64,000 bases of DNA, from NCBI RefSeq assembly GCF_963921235.1, contig NC_086097.1, forward strand, positions 101,434,001 through 101,498,000, in the 5' to 3' direction. The position numbers and the translations under genes are program-made. Each line of letters starts with the position of its first letter. Position 1 is the first letter of the stretch. The notes under the pieces were generated by a model that was not told the origin of the DNA, ran no database searches, and saw nothing but the letters and a program-made list of their open reading frames with translations. Below are positions 38,546 to 50,890 of the stretch, piece after piece. Source of the DNA: Mobula hypostoma. Its lineage: Eukaryota.

Positions 38546-39279
38546 CAGAAGAATTAAACCTTTCATCACTTTATATCCTTTGCAAGAGAAGCAAAGAGCA
38601 GGTTAAAATCACACCAACTTTCTCGCCAGTGAGTCAGCATATCAATGTTGGAACAGTGTCTTGATACTGTAGGTTACCTTTATTGTGTAACACGGAAGTT
38701 TGCATTTTGTGAGTCTCGTAGACTCCCAGAACATCAACAACCTGCAATTTATAGCTGCATCGGATGGCCACAAGGCACTTCACAATGATCTTCACAGACA
38801 CAAAGTGACATCACTAAACTAGGACAGCATGGTCACAGGAATGGTTCAAAGGATAGGAACTTTAGATAAGGAATTCACAAGAGTAACTGATGCAGATCAG
38901 GACAAGACCACTTGTGTACTGATTGCAAGGACTCTAGATATACAATATTTTATGTTTACCCATATTTTCTATTCCCCTTTTGCCTTCGCCCCCCCACCCC
39001 CCATCCACTCTGATCACCAGTCCTCCACCGGTACCAGCCCTTCGGTAATATAGAATTTCATGGCTTCAGCAGCCATTCCGTCCAAGTCCCCATGGGTCAT
39101 AGAATTGAGAGATATAACAAGAAGCCATTTGGCCCATTGAGTCCTTGGTAACTCTCAACCACCTATTTATCGCAATTCTTTGTTAATCCCAGCAAGGAAT
39201 CCACACCTCCCACTTCACCCATCTCCATCACTTCCCTTCCAAATGGACTCCTCATTCCAGCCTTGTACCCTCTCTTGAA

Positions 39280-39985
39280 CTTTTCATTTCCAGCTGCCGA
39301 TATCACATCAAACATCTTGACCTCTCCACTTCCTTCACCCACTCCAACCTCAGTGCTCTGAACATGCAGCAGTTGCTCACATCACACCTGGTAGACCCAT
39401 TGTTTTTGTCTGATGTTGCCCCACTGCCCCCCTCTCTGTGCCATTCAGTAGTCCTTTTCCCTCCTCCACTCAGGAACTTCTATTGCCTTCCACTATGCCT
39501 GACCCTTTAACCCATCCTGACTCTATAACCCATCGGAAACGTCTTTGTTCTTTTTCACTCTGAAGGACCCAACCCCCCCCCCCCCAACTGATGTGCTCTT
39601 CCACCTGGCAGAACCGGTTCTTAGCCTGAAAAACTTCTCTTTAGATTCCTCTCACTTCCTACAAATCAAAGGTGTAGCTATTAGCACTCTCCTGGGCCAC
39701 GGCTACACTTTCCTTACAGTTGGCAACATGGGATAGTCCTGGTTCCAAACCTACTCTGGCACCACTCCCCAACTCTTTCTCCATCATGTCAATGAATGCA
39801 TTGATACTGCTTCCCGCACTCATGCAGAACTTGTCAACTTTATCACCTTTACAACTGATTTCCACCACCTCTTACATAGATCTCCATTTTCTGGATCTGA
39901 CTCCATCTTAGAAGGCAAATTATCCATTGATATTTACTACTAAATCCACCAACTCCCACAGGTACCGAGACTATACCTCCTTCCA
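39280..39985 (+). mobile_element. Degraded Penelope RT fragment
   Basis: HLAEPVLSLKNFSLDSSHFLQIKGVAI aligns with RLAELVLTLNNFSFGSSHFLQTKGVAM of the intact copy. Confidence 0.8.
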
Positions 39986-42900
39986 GACCACCTACCATCC
40001 TCAGTCTCAACACTTCACCATCCCTCCTTATCTGTCTCCACCTACCATCCCCAGTGTCAATACTTCCTCATCCCTCCCTTATCTATTCTTATCTACTACC
40101 TTCCACTGCCAGTCTTAACCCTTCCCAATACCTCCCTTATCTATTTCCACCTATCACCTCCCATTCTCCATCTGAACACTTCCCAATCCCTTCCTTATCC
40201 CTCTCCACTTACCACCCTCAGTCCCAACACTTACCCATCTCTCCCTTTCCTGTCCACATATCACCTACTAAACCTAGTCTCAGCACATCCCCCCCTTCCC
40301 TTCTGTCTCAACATTTCCCCGTTCATCCCTTATCCCTCTCCACTTACCACCCTCAGTCCCAACACTTACCCATTTCTCCCTTTCCTGTCCACATATCACC
40401 TACTAAACCTAGTCCCCACCCCTCCCTTATCTGTCTCCATCTACTACTCTCAGTCTCAGCACGTCCCCATCCCTCCCTTATCTGCATCTATCTATTCCTA
40501 GCAGCCTGAAGACGTACCCATCCCTCGCTGATCTGTCTCCATCTATGACCCCCAGTCTCAACATATCCCCATCACTCCCTTAGCTGTCTTCACCTACCAA
40601 CCTCGGTGTGAACACTTACCCATCCCTCCCAAATCTATCTCCACATATCACCTACCATTCTCAATCTGAACACTTCCAAGACCTACCTAATCCCTCTCCA
40701 TCTACCACATACCACCCTCAGTCCCAACACTTCCAAATCCCTCACTTCTGTCTCCACCTACTATCTACATTCATCAGTCTCAACAATTCCCCATCCCTCC
40801 CATATCTATTCCACCTATCGCCCTCAGTCTCAACATTACCCCATCCCTCCCTCATGTCTTCACCTACCATTTTAGTCTCAACACTTTGTCATTTCTCCCT
40901 TATCTATCTCCATCTCCCATCCCATTTCAAAACTTCCCCATCTATCCCTTATCTGTCTCCCATACCACCTACGATCCTCGTTCTCCACACTTCTCAATCC
41001 CTCCCTTACGGTGTTTCTCTATCACCCTCATTCTCAAACTTCCCCAACCATCCTTTATTTGTCTCCATCTCTCACCTAACATCCTCAGTCACTACACATC
41101 ACCTTCCTCCCTTTAATTTTCTCCATCCTCAGTGTCAACACTTCCCCATCCCTCCCTTATCTGTCTCCGCCTACCACCTAAACTCCTCAGTCTCCCTGGT
41201 CAGTGTACACCTACCATCTACCATCCCAAGACTCAACACTTTGCTGTCACTCCCCTATCTGTCTCCATCTAACACCTACCATCCTCAGTCTCAACACTTC
41301 TCCATCCCTCCCTTATCTATCTCCATCTGCCATTCTCAGTCTCAACACTTGCCAATCCATCCATTACCTGTCTCCATCTTCCATTCTGTCTCAACACTTG
41401 CCAATCCATCCATTATCTGTCTCCATCTCTCAACTTCAGTCTCAACTCATCCCTATCACTCCCATATCAATCTCCATCTACCATCTCCAGTCTCAACACT
41501 TCCCCATTCCTCCCTTCTGTCTGTAGCTAACATCTACCCCCCCCACCATGCTCAACACTTCCTCATCCCTTCCTCATCTTCCTCCACTAACCAGCTCCCA
41601 CCCTCAGTCTTAACCTTCCCCAACCATCCCTTGTATGTCTCCACCCATCACCTAACATTCCCAGTATCAACAATTCCCATTCCTTCCTTATCTGTCTCCC
41701 ACACCACCTACCATCCTTGGCCTCAACGCTTCCCCATCCCTCCATTATCTGTCTCCATCTACCTTCCTCACTGTCAGTATCCATCCCTCCCTTATCTATC
41801 TCTATCACTCCCAGTTTCAACATTTCCCCATCCCTCCCTTATCAGAATCCAACTATCAACTGCCATCCTCATCTCAACACTTCCCAACCCTTCCTTTATC
41901 TGTCTCCATCTATCACCGTCTCAACACTTCCCCATCCCTCCCCTATCAGTGCACACCTTCCATCTACCATCCCTGTCTCAACACCTGTCCAGCCTTCCCT
42001 TCTCTGTCTCCATCTATCATCCCCAGTCTCAACACTTCCCCATCCCTCCCCTATCAGTGCACACCTTCCATCTACCATCCCTGTCTCAACACCTCTCCAG
42101 CCTTCCCTTATCTGTCTCCATCTATCACCCATGATGCTCAGTCTTAAAACTCTCAAAACTTCTCAAGATAAGGGTGGGATGGGGATACACTGAAACTGAG
42201 GCTGGTAGGTGATATGAGGAGACAGGTAAGGAAGGGTTGGGGATGTGTTGAGACTGAGGATGGGAGACAGATAACGGGGAGATGGGGAAGTGCTGTTACT
42301 GGCATTGGAGGTTGTAGTTTGTGTCAGATAAGGGAGGGATGGTGAAGTCTTGAGGCTGGGCATGGTAGATGAATTCTGATATGAGAAGGATGGGGAAGTG
42401 TTGAGACTAGGGGTTGTAGGTGGATATAGATAAGGAAGGGATGGGGAAACATTGAGACTGAGGATGAAAGATGGAAACAGATAAGGGAAGGATTGGCAAG
42501 TGTTGAGAAAGAGGATGACATGCGGACACAAATGGGGGGATGGGGAAGTATTGATATTGAGGATGATAGATGGAGACACACAAGTGAGGGCTGGGGAAGT
42601 TTTGAGACAGGATCAGAGTCGTATAGAGAGACAGATGAGGGAGGGATGTGGAAGTGTTGAGACTGAGGGTGTCGATGGTAGGAGAGAGAGAAAAGAGTAG
42701 AATGGGGATGTGTTGAGACTGGGGGTGGTAGATGGAGCTCGATAAGGGAGGGATGGGGAAGTGTTGAGACCAGCGGTGATCAATAGTGACAGATAAGGGA
42801 TGGATGGGGATGTGTTGAGACTGGGGATGGTAGATGGAGCCAGATAAGGGAGTGTTGGGGAATTGTTGAAACTGGGGATGGTAGGTGGTTTGTGGAGACA

Positions 42901-45900
42901 TACAAAGGAGGGATGGGGAAGTGCGGAGATTAGGGTTCACAAGTGATAGGTGGGGACAGTTAATGGAGGGGTGGGGAGTTTTGAGACCGAAGGTGATAGA
43001 TAGAGTCAGAAAAGTAAGGGATGGGGAAGTGCTGTGAATGAGGGTAGTAGTTTTTGTGTGGAGACAGATAGGGGAGGGTTGGGGAAGGTTTGAGACTGGG
43101 GGTGGTAGATGGAGACAGGTAAGGGAGGTATTACAATATACTGAGACAGAGGATGGCATGTGATAGATGGTGTCAGATGAGGGAGGTATAGGGAAGTGAT
43201 GAGTCTGAGGATGGTCAATGGAGACAGTTCAAGGAGGAATGTGGAAGTATTGAGACTGAGGATAGCCGGTGATAGGTGGAGATGGATGGGGAAGGATGCG
43301 GATATGTTGAGGCTGGGGGTGGCATGTGATTGATGGAGACAGATGAGGGAGGGATGGGATAGTGTTGAGAATGTGGGTGATAGATGGAGACAGATCAGGG
43401 ATGCATGTGAAAGTGTTGAGACTGGGGGTGATAGATGGCAACACATAAGGGAGGAATGGGGAAATATTGAGACTGAGAGTGGTAGGTGATAGATGGAGAC
43501 AGCTAAGGGAGGGATGGGAAATGTTGAGAGACTGAAGATGGTAGATGGAGACAGGTGAGGGATGGATGGGGTGATGTTGAGAATGGGGATGGTAAATGGT
43601 AGATGTACACTGATCAGGGAGGGATGGGGGTGTGAAAGAATGGGTGTGGTAGCTGATTGACGCAGACAGCTAAGGCTGGGATGGGGAATTGTTGAGACTG
43701 AGTAATGTAGGTAGGTGGAGACAGAAGGGAGGGATGTGGATGTGTTGAGACTTAAGGACTGTATATGATAGACGGAGACAGATATGGGAGAGATGGAGAA
43801 GTGTTCAGACTAGGGGTGATAGATGGAGTCACATAAGGGAAGGATGGGGAAGTGTTGACTGAGAATGGCATGAGATGGGTGGAGAAAATTAAGGGAGGGA
43901 TGGTGATGTGATGAGACTGAGAATGTTAGGAGTTGTGTGGAGACAGAAAAGGGAGTGCTGGGGAAGTTTGAGAATGAGGTTGATAGAAAAACGGTAAGGG
44001 AGGGATTGGGAAGTGTTAGAATGAGGATTGTAATGGGTATGGGAGACAGATAAGGGATGGATGGGGAAGTGTTGTAACTGGTATGGTAGATAGAGACAGA
44101 TAAGGGAGTGATGGGTTTACTTTGAGACTGCGGGTGATAGGTGGAGACAAAAGGGCAGGGTTGGGGATGTGTTGAGACTGAGGATGGTAGGTGAGAGGTG
44201 GAGACAGATAAGTGATGGTTGGGAAGTGTTGAGACTGCGGATGGCAGATGGAGACAGATAAGGGAGGAATGGGGAAGTGTTTAGTCTGAGGATGGAAGGT
44301 GGAGATAGTTAAGGGGGGATGGATCATGTCGAGACTGCAGGTGACAAGAGACAGAAGGAGGGGAAGCGGAAGTGTTGAAGTTGAGAGTGATAGATAAGGA
44401 TAAGGTGATAGATGGGGATGTGCGGACACTGGGGATGGTAGATTGAGACAGATAAGGGAGGAATGGGGAAGTGCTGGGACTGAGGGTGGTAGATGGTGAC
44501 TGATATGGGGGGATGGGGAAGTGCTGAGACTGAGCATAGTAGGTGGAGTCAGATAAGGGAGTGATAGCAAAGTGTTGAGATAGATGGAAGGTGTACACTG
44601 ATATGTGAGAGATGGGGAAGTGTTGAGACTGCGGTAGCTGATTAATGCAGACAGATAAGGGAGGGATGTGAAATTATTGAGATGAGGAACATAGGTACCA
44701 TCTTCATCCCTCCCTGATCTGTCTCAATCTACCAAGTCAGACTCGACACTTCCCAATTACCCATTTTATCTCACTCCATTTATTACTCCCAGTCTCAACA
44801 CATCCACATCACTCCCTATCAGTCTCCATCTATTACCTACCATCCTCAGTCTCAATATTTCCCAGTTCCTCCCTTATGTGTCTATATCTTTCACACCTAG
44901 TCTCAACACTTCCACGTACATCCCTTACCTGTCTTCATCTACCATCCCCAGTCTCAACACTTCACCTTCTCTCATTTATCTGTCTCAAACTACAACCCAC
45001 CTTGCCAGTATCATCATTTCTCCATCCCTCCCTTCTGTCTCCATGTACCACCTACCACCTGCAGCTTCACACTTGCCATTCCCACCCTGTTCTGCAACCA
45101 CATACAATCCACCATTCCGTCTCAGTACTTCCGGATCCCTCCCTTATCTGTCTCCTTTGATCACCCCACACCCATCTCAACACTTCCCCATTGCTCCCTT
45201 ATCAGTCTCTATCTAACAACCCCAGTCTCAACTCTTCCCATCCCTCCCTTATCTGTTTCCACCACTCACAACCTACCATTCTCAGTCTCAAAACTTCCCC
45301 AACCCTCCCTTCTGTCTCTACATACCACATAACATCCTCAGATTCAAGACATTGCCAACCCTCCTGTATCTGTCTAAATCTACCAACCTCAGTCTCAACA
45401 CTTCACAACCCCTCCTTATCTGCCTCAATCTATCACCCTGTCTTAACATATCCCCAACCATCCTTGTCAGTCTCCATCCACTATTCTGAATCTCAACACT
45501 TCCCCATTCTTCCCTTATCTGTCTCCATCTACCACCTACATGCTCATCAATTCTTCATCCCTCCCTCGTCTTTCTCCACCATGGTCTCCCACCCTTAGTC
45601 TCAATCTTTCCCAACCATCCATTATATGTCTCCAACTATCAGCTAACATTCGCAGTCTCAACACATCCCCATCCTTCCCTTATCTATCATCACCTATCAC
45701 ACCCAGTCTCAATCTTCTCCATACCTCCCTTATCTGGCTCCATCTACCTTCCTCTGTCTCAACACGGCTCCATCTACCTTCCTCTGTCTCATCACAGCCC
45801 CATCCTGCCCTTATTTCTCCCAACAGCACCTACCAAACCCAGCCTCTACTTTTCCACATCCCTCCCCTTATCTGTTTCCAACTACCATCCTCAGTCTCAG

Positions 45901-46802
45901 CAAGCACAACCCTATCCATGCCTCATCTGGCGCCATCTATCACACCCAGTCTCAATACTTCCCCATCGCTCCCTTATCAGTCTACATCCAACACCTACCA
46001 TCCATAGTCTCAACACTTCCCATCCCTAGGTTATTTGTCACTATCTATCACACCCAGTTTCAATACTTCCCCATCCCTCCCTTATCAGGCTCCATCTACC
46101 TTCCTCAGTCTCAACACTTCCCATCCCTCTCTTACATCACACCCCCTACCATCACAACCCTCAGTCTTAAGACTTCCCCATCGCTACCTTCTCTATCTCC
46201 ACCCAACTACCACCCCCTGCATCACACTCCCCATGCCTCCCTAATCAGTCACCACATACCATTCACCATGGTCTGAACACTTATCTGTCTCCACCTACTA
46301 CCCTGTCTCAACACTTCCCCATGCATCCCTTATCTATCTCCATTTACCATCCTCAGCCTCAACACTTCTTCAACCATCACTTATTAGTCTCCATCTACAT
46401 CTCCAGGATCAACACTTTGCTATTCTTACCTTATCTGGCTCCATCAACCAGCTTCCATTTCAGCATTTCACCATCCCCAGTCTCAACACTTCCACAACCC
46501 CCCTTATCTGTCTGCACCTACCACCCCCAGTCTCAAAAATTCCCTATCGTTCACTTATCTGTTTCCAACTATCAACAACCCTCACCAGTCAGAACTCTTC
46601 CCCATCCCTCCCATATGTCTCCATCCACCATCCCGTTTCAACACATCCCCACCTCTCCCTTGTCCATCTCCACCTGCAAACTAAAGTCTCCTGTGTCAAC
46701 ACATCCCCGTTCCTCATCTGTTTCCACCTATCACTTACTCAATGCTTCTCCATTCCTCCTTTATCTGTCTCCATCTACCACCCTCAGTATCAACACATCC
46801 CC
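39986..46802. repeat. Old degenerate ~50-bp satellite with an internal inverted block at ~42166-44695
   Basis: Consensus cagtctcaacacttccccatccctcccttatctgtctccatctaccatcct; strand composition flips from CT-rich to GA-rich and back. Confidence 0.92.
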
Positions 46803-47984
46803 TGTTACGTACCCCGTAACGGGTTTAAGAACCAGCAGAAATGGAACACACCTAGAGTCTGTTTTTGCTGTTAACTAATTCTATTTTATTAGAAACTACG
46901 TAATAAGGTAACATAAAACCAGATAAATCAAACAGGTTAGCAGAGATTATGCACATATAGGTGTGGAGATATAAAATCCTAACTTCTTCAAGCTTAGGTG
47001 GTAAGGGATACAGTCTTACGATGGAATGTAAGATAGTTCAGTTCAATGCTCAGGTTAATTAATGAGAGAAATTTGTAATCCAAAAGGCGAATGTTGTGAG
47101 AAGGCAATTACGTCGATATTCCACAGATTCTACAATAACAATACCAGAATACAAGGGCTGTAGATTTCATCTCTGAAGTTGTTCCACTCCACACACGAAT
47201 TATCACCGACAGTGATCTTCAACGAATATCCTTTCAACACAAGTGGTACCACACCCGAATTCAGCTACAGGTCATCCTAAAGTGGACCCTCTTCAAGGGA
47301 ACCACCACCCAGGCAAGGGTCGACACACTGATAGATTCTACAAGGTTACCCCAAACACACAATGTGATAGTCACTTATCCAGTTCCACGACATATGAAAT
47401 AACTCCAACAGAGAGTCCAAACAGTGATCTCTTTGTCACTAGGTTTCTTCTGTTTCAAACCTATCACTCCTCTCTTCTCTTCCCGCAAACTTGTTCTAGT
47501 TGCAGAAAACTTGAGAGTTGTTTATCAATACTCAGGATCGAACTCAACTCACCCCTTTTGGGCTACTGAAAGTTTAAACCAGGACCTCACTCACTGGTGT
47601 CTTTCATTGATCGAATCCACCTTGACTCTGAGCATGTGTTTCTCTGTGTCTGTAACTGTCCTTGTAAAAAGTAAACATGCTGCAGAGAAATCATAGCATC
47701 GATTGCCCATCATCCATCCATATCTCTCTCTCTCTCTCTTCCCACCCCCCCCAAACAGTGTCTAAAAGTCAGTCTCATTCATCCGGCATTTTAAAGTGAC
47801 AGTTCATAGAAAATATGAACCCTAGGGGTACATAACACCTCCCCCGAAGAAAGCAAAATTTTGATCAAAGGGCAATATTTTTTAACTGTACATTACAGAA
47901 TATAAAGCAATACATATGTGATTATCATGTAGCACATTACAGAAGCATATACAAGTACTAGTTTCTATTTCACTTTTAAACTGA

Positions 47985-49468
47985 ACATTCAGGCAATCAG
48001 TCTACCATGATATTGTCTTTACCATTCACATGCTTTAGTACAAAAATCAAATTCCTGCAAAACTAGATCTTGTTGTCTTCAAAATGGCATTTGGTCAACC
48101 ATTTTCTCTTTTCCACTTCACCACAAAACAATTAACCATCATGTGATCAGCTTGCTTACCAGTTCGAATGCCTTCACAGACTGCCTGAACTTTACGCTGC
48201 GCAGGTGCTAGCTTATCACCAACATTTTCCAACCTAAGCCCATTTGCTGAACTTCCAAACAAGTTCTTTGTTCCAAACAAGTCATTAATTTTATCTCCAA
48301 GATCTTTAGTTCTATATGTTTCCATACTAACACCCACAGATAGTCCCTCCTGGTCAAAACAACACTTCAAGTTTTGTCTCTCCACACCACAAAATTGGTA
48401 AACAACCCCACATTGTTTATTCTGAAATTCCAAATCATATTGTAACAAACTAGCAGGCACCTTGTTACCAAACCACTGTCCCTTCAGCAAGGTCAACGGT
48501 CCTGAAACCAATCCAGACTTTAAATTTACCTTATTCAAAGGTTCAGAAACAATACTTTTCCCCAATACCGTCAATAACATTTACCTCACCAATTTTCATC
48601 TCATCACCAACTAACACAAGTGACTGAGAATCCCCAATTTCCACTGGTACCAAGGTTAATCCCTTACTCACTGAACCAAGTCCATCTGACACAAAAGGAC
48701 TGCATTTCTTTTCAACCAAGTCAGACACCTCAGACCTTAACTGATTTTCAACACAAGGTTCATTATCCTGTGAATCCCCAGGTAATTCAACAACCTGAAC
48801 ATAGGCAATTGAGACAGCTGCCTCTTTTAGGCCTTCATCACTAGTCCCAGTTTTGAATTCCAGGTTACCCTGATCCTCCCAGCTGCTTTCTGGGAAACTC
48901 TCATCTGGAGTAATCTCAACCTTGTAGGTTAAAACAACCTCGTCTGCTAACCTAGCAGATTCCCACAAGGTAGCGGCACCCTTTTCATCTAGGTGTGCCC
49001 TTACATCATCGGGGACACAACTTTTAAATTCTTCAATCAACACCAACTCTTTCAAGCTGTAAAAATCTTCAGGTTCCAACACTGGACCTCCTTACTGCAA
49101 TTCCTCTATCTTTTCCAGCTTGAACTGCCTCTGTCTTTCTTCTTCTTCAGCCTCGAGCTGTTTTACTCGTAACTCAAACTTGAGCTGTAGCTGTCTTCGC
49201 TTCTCCTCAGCCTTGATCCTTAGTCTTTTCCTCTGAAACTGGTGCTCACACCTGCCAGGTTTACTTTCAGGAAACAACTTCAACTCCTCCACTTTAAACA
49301 CCTCCTCAGATACGTAATATTCAGCTATTATCCTCTGCACCTGTGACCCCCTCATTGTTGATTTCACCTTGGTAAGTTACAACTTTTTTGCAATACTCAA
49401 CAACTCAACCTTCTGGCAACCTCTAGTGTCTCAGAGGTTGGCGTTTCCAGAAATTTATCAACATCCAT
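47985..49468 (-). pseudogene. Decayed gag (SCAN-like capsid segment) and pol remnants of the Gypsy element
   Basis: ATG at 49468 (MDVDKFLETPT), coiled-coil, LKELVLIEEFKSCVPDDVRAHLDEK...ARLADE, and a frameshifted RNase H end LQEFDF..KHVNGKDNIMV just before the PPT. This fits the IN-before-RT/RH order of Gmr1-like elements. Confidence 0.72.
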
Positions 49469-49604
49469 TGCTGCTGATTTTCTACACACGAGTTAAAAGG
49501 GATTTCCCCCCATCAATTTGATTAAACCCCTAAACAATTTGCTCAGATCACAGACACAGGCCCCAATCTGTTAGGGACTCGGGATGGGTTAAAGGAACCA
49601 GCAG

Positions 49605-49646
49605 GTAAACAGCAGATCCTGGGTTCAAATCCCAGCGGTGCCTCCA
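49605..49646 (+). other. 42-nt copy of a tRNA-Thr 3' half including CCA (extended PBS on the element's minus strand)
   Basis: gtaaacagcagatcctgggttcaaatcccagcggtgcctcca versus recalled vertebrate tRNA-Thr GTAAACAGGAGATCCTGGGTTCGAATCCCAGCGGTGCCT+CCA: 2 mismatches; 4 nt from the 5' LTR. Confidence 0.85.
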
Positions 49647-50890
49647 ATTTTGTTACATACCCCGTAATGGGTTTAAGAACCAGCAGAAATGGAACACACC
49701 TGGAGTCTGTTTTTGCTGTTAACTAATGCTATTTTATTAGAAACTACGTAATAAGGTAACATAAAACCAGATAAATCAAACAGGTTAGCAGAGATTATGC
49801 ACATATAGGTGTGGAGATATAAAATCCTAACTTCTTCAAGCTTAGGTGGTAAGGGATACAGTCTTATGATGGAATGTAAGATAGTTCAGTTCAATGCTCA
49901 GGTTAATTAATGAGAGAAATTTGTAATCCAAAAGGCGAATGTTGTGAGAAGGCAATTACGTCAATATTCCACAGATTCTACAATAGCAATACCAGAATAC
50001 AAGGGCTGTAGGTTTCATCTCTGAAGTTGTTCCACTCCACACACGAAGTATCACCGACAGTGATCTTCAATGAATATCCTTTCAACACAAGTGGTACCAC
50101 ACCCGAACTCAGCTACAGGTCATCCCAAAGTGGTGGCCACAGGATACTCAAACAGAATCCACGTATGGATTATTTTTTTTCCTCTCGGCAGTTGATCGGG
50201 ACAGGACTGCGCAAGCGCGTGCAAGTCAGTCCGTGAGTCAGCAGGAGTATTTAAAAGAGAGCAGTTTGATGGAGCGGGCGACGTTGTAGCAGGCGACGGA
50301 ATAGAGGGAGACAGAGTAGGAAGGCTTTGGCTCAAGAGGCTTCAGTGAGCAGAGGCTGAGGACGAGCTTCACTCCAAGTGAGGACCCCTCGAGAGTCTTC
50401 GGCAAGGAGGCTGAGAGAGGAGACTACGCCACAGTTATAGAGGGTGAGAAGTGGTGAAGAGATGACCGCTAGGCTGATTCAATGTGCTGCGTGCATGAAG
50501 TGGGAGGTCAGGGACACTGATAGTGCCTCTGGCTCCTACACCCGTGGAAAATGTGTCCAGTTTCAGCTTCTGAAAGACCGTGTTGCAGCACTGGAGAGGC
50601 AACTGGATGACCTTAGGTTCATCCGGGAAAACGAGAGTTTTTTGGACAGGACCTACAGTGGGGTTGTTACACCGAGGATACCGGAAGAGAGAAGGGGGGA
50701 AACGATGAGCAAGGAAAGGATGCTTGAAGTACAGGAGACCCCGGGGGATGTGCCTCTCGTAAACAGGTTCACCCTCTTGGAAGCTGTTGGGACAGAAGTT
50801 GATGCCAGCCTGAGAGGCGGTCAGGTCTGCGAGTTAACAATTGGCGCTGAAGCAAAGCCGAGGAGACAGACGTCAGGCAGAGCGTGGTAG

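Larger units (their letters stand above)
20014..38549 (-). mobile_element. Full-length L1-clade LINE (L1-A, ~5.6 kb native), disrupted, hosting five nested insertions
   Basis: 14-bp TSD AGAATTAAACCTTT (20000-20013 and 38550-38563). ORF1 ~37406-38430 (EGRSRRKNIRIYNVPEG). ORF2 starts at ATG 31030 ([30 protein letters not shown]-terminal CWKNC...HIFWECP). Confidence 0.92.

Noticed and set aside
38629..38639. ARE/AP-1-like motif GTGAGTCAGCA in unique DNA
   Set aside because: A single short motif with no conservation or chromatin evidence.
40054..46878. Many Pro/Ser/Leu/His-rich ORFs, including 508 aa at 40608
   Set aside because: Translations of the G-poor satellite strand, where stop codons are rare.
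49605..49646. tRNA-Thr gene
   Set aside because: Only the 3' half is present, with encoded CCA, next to an LTR. It is a PBS-type copy, not a gene.
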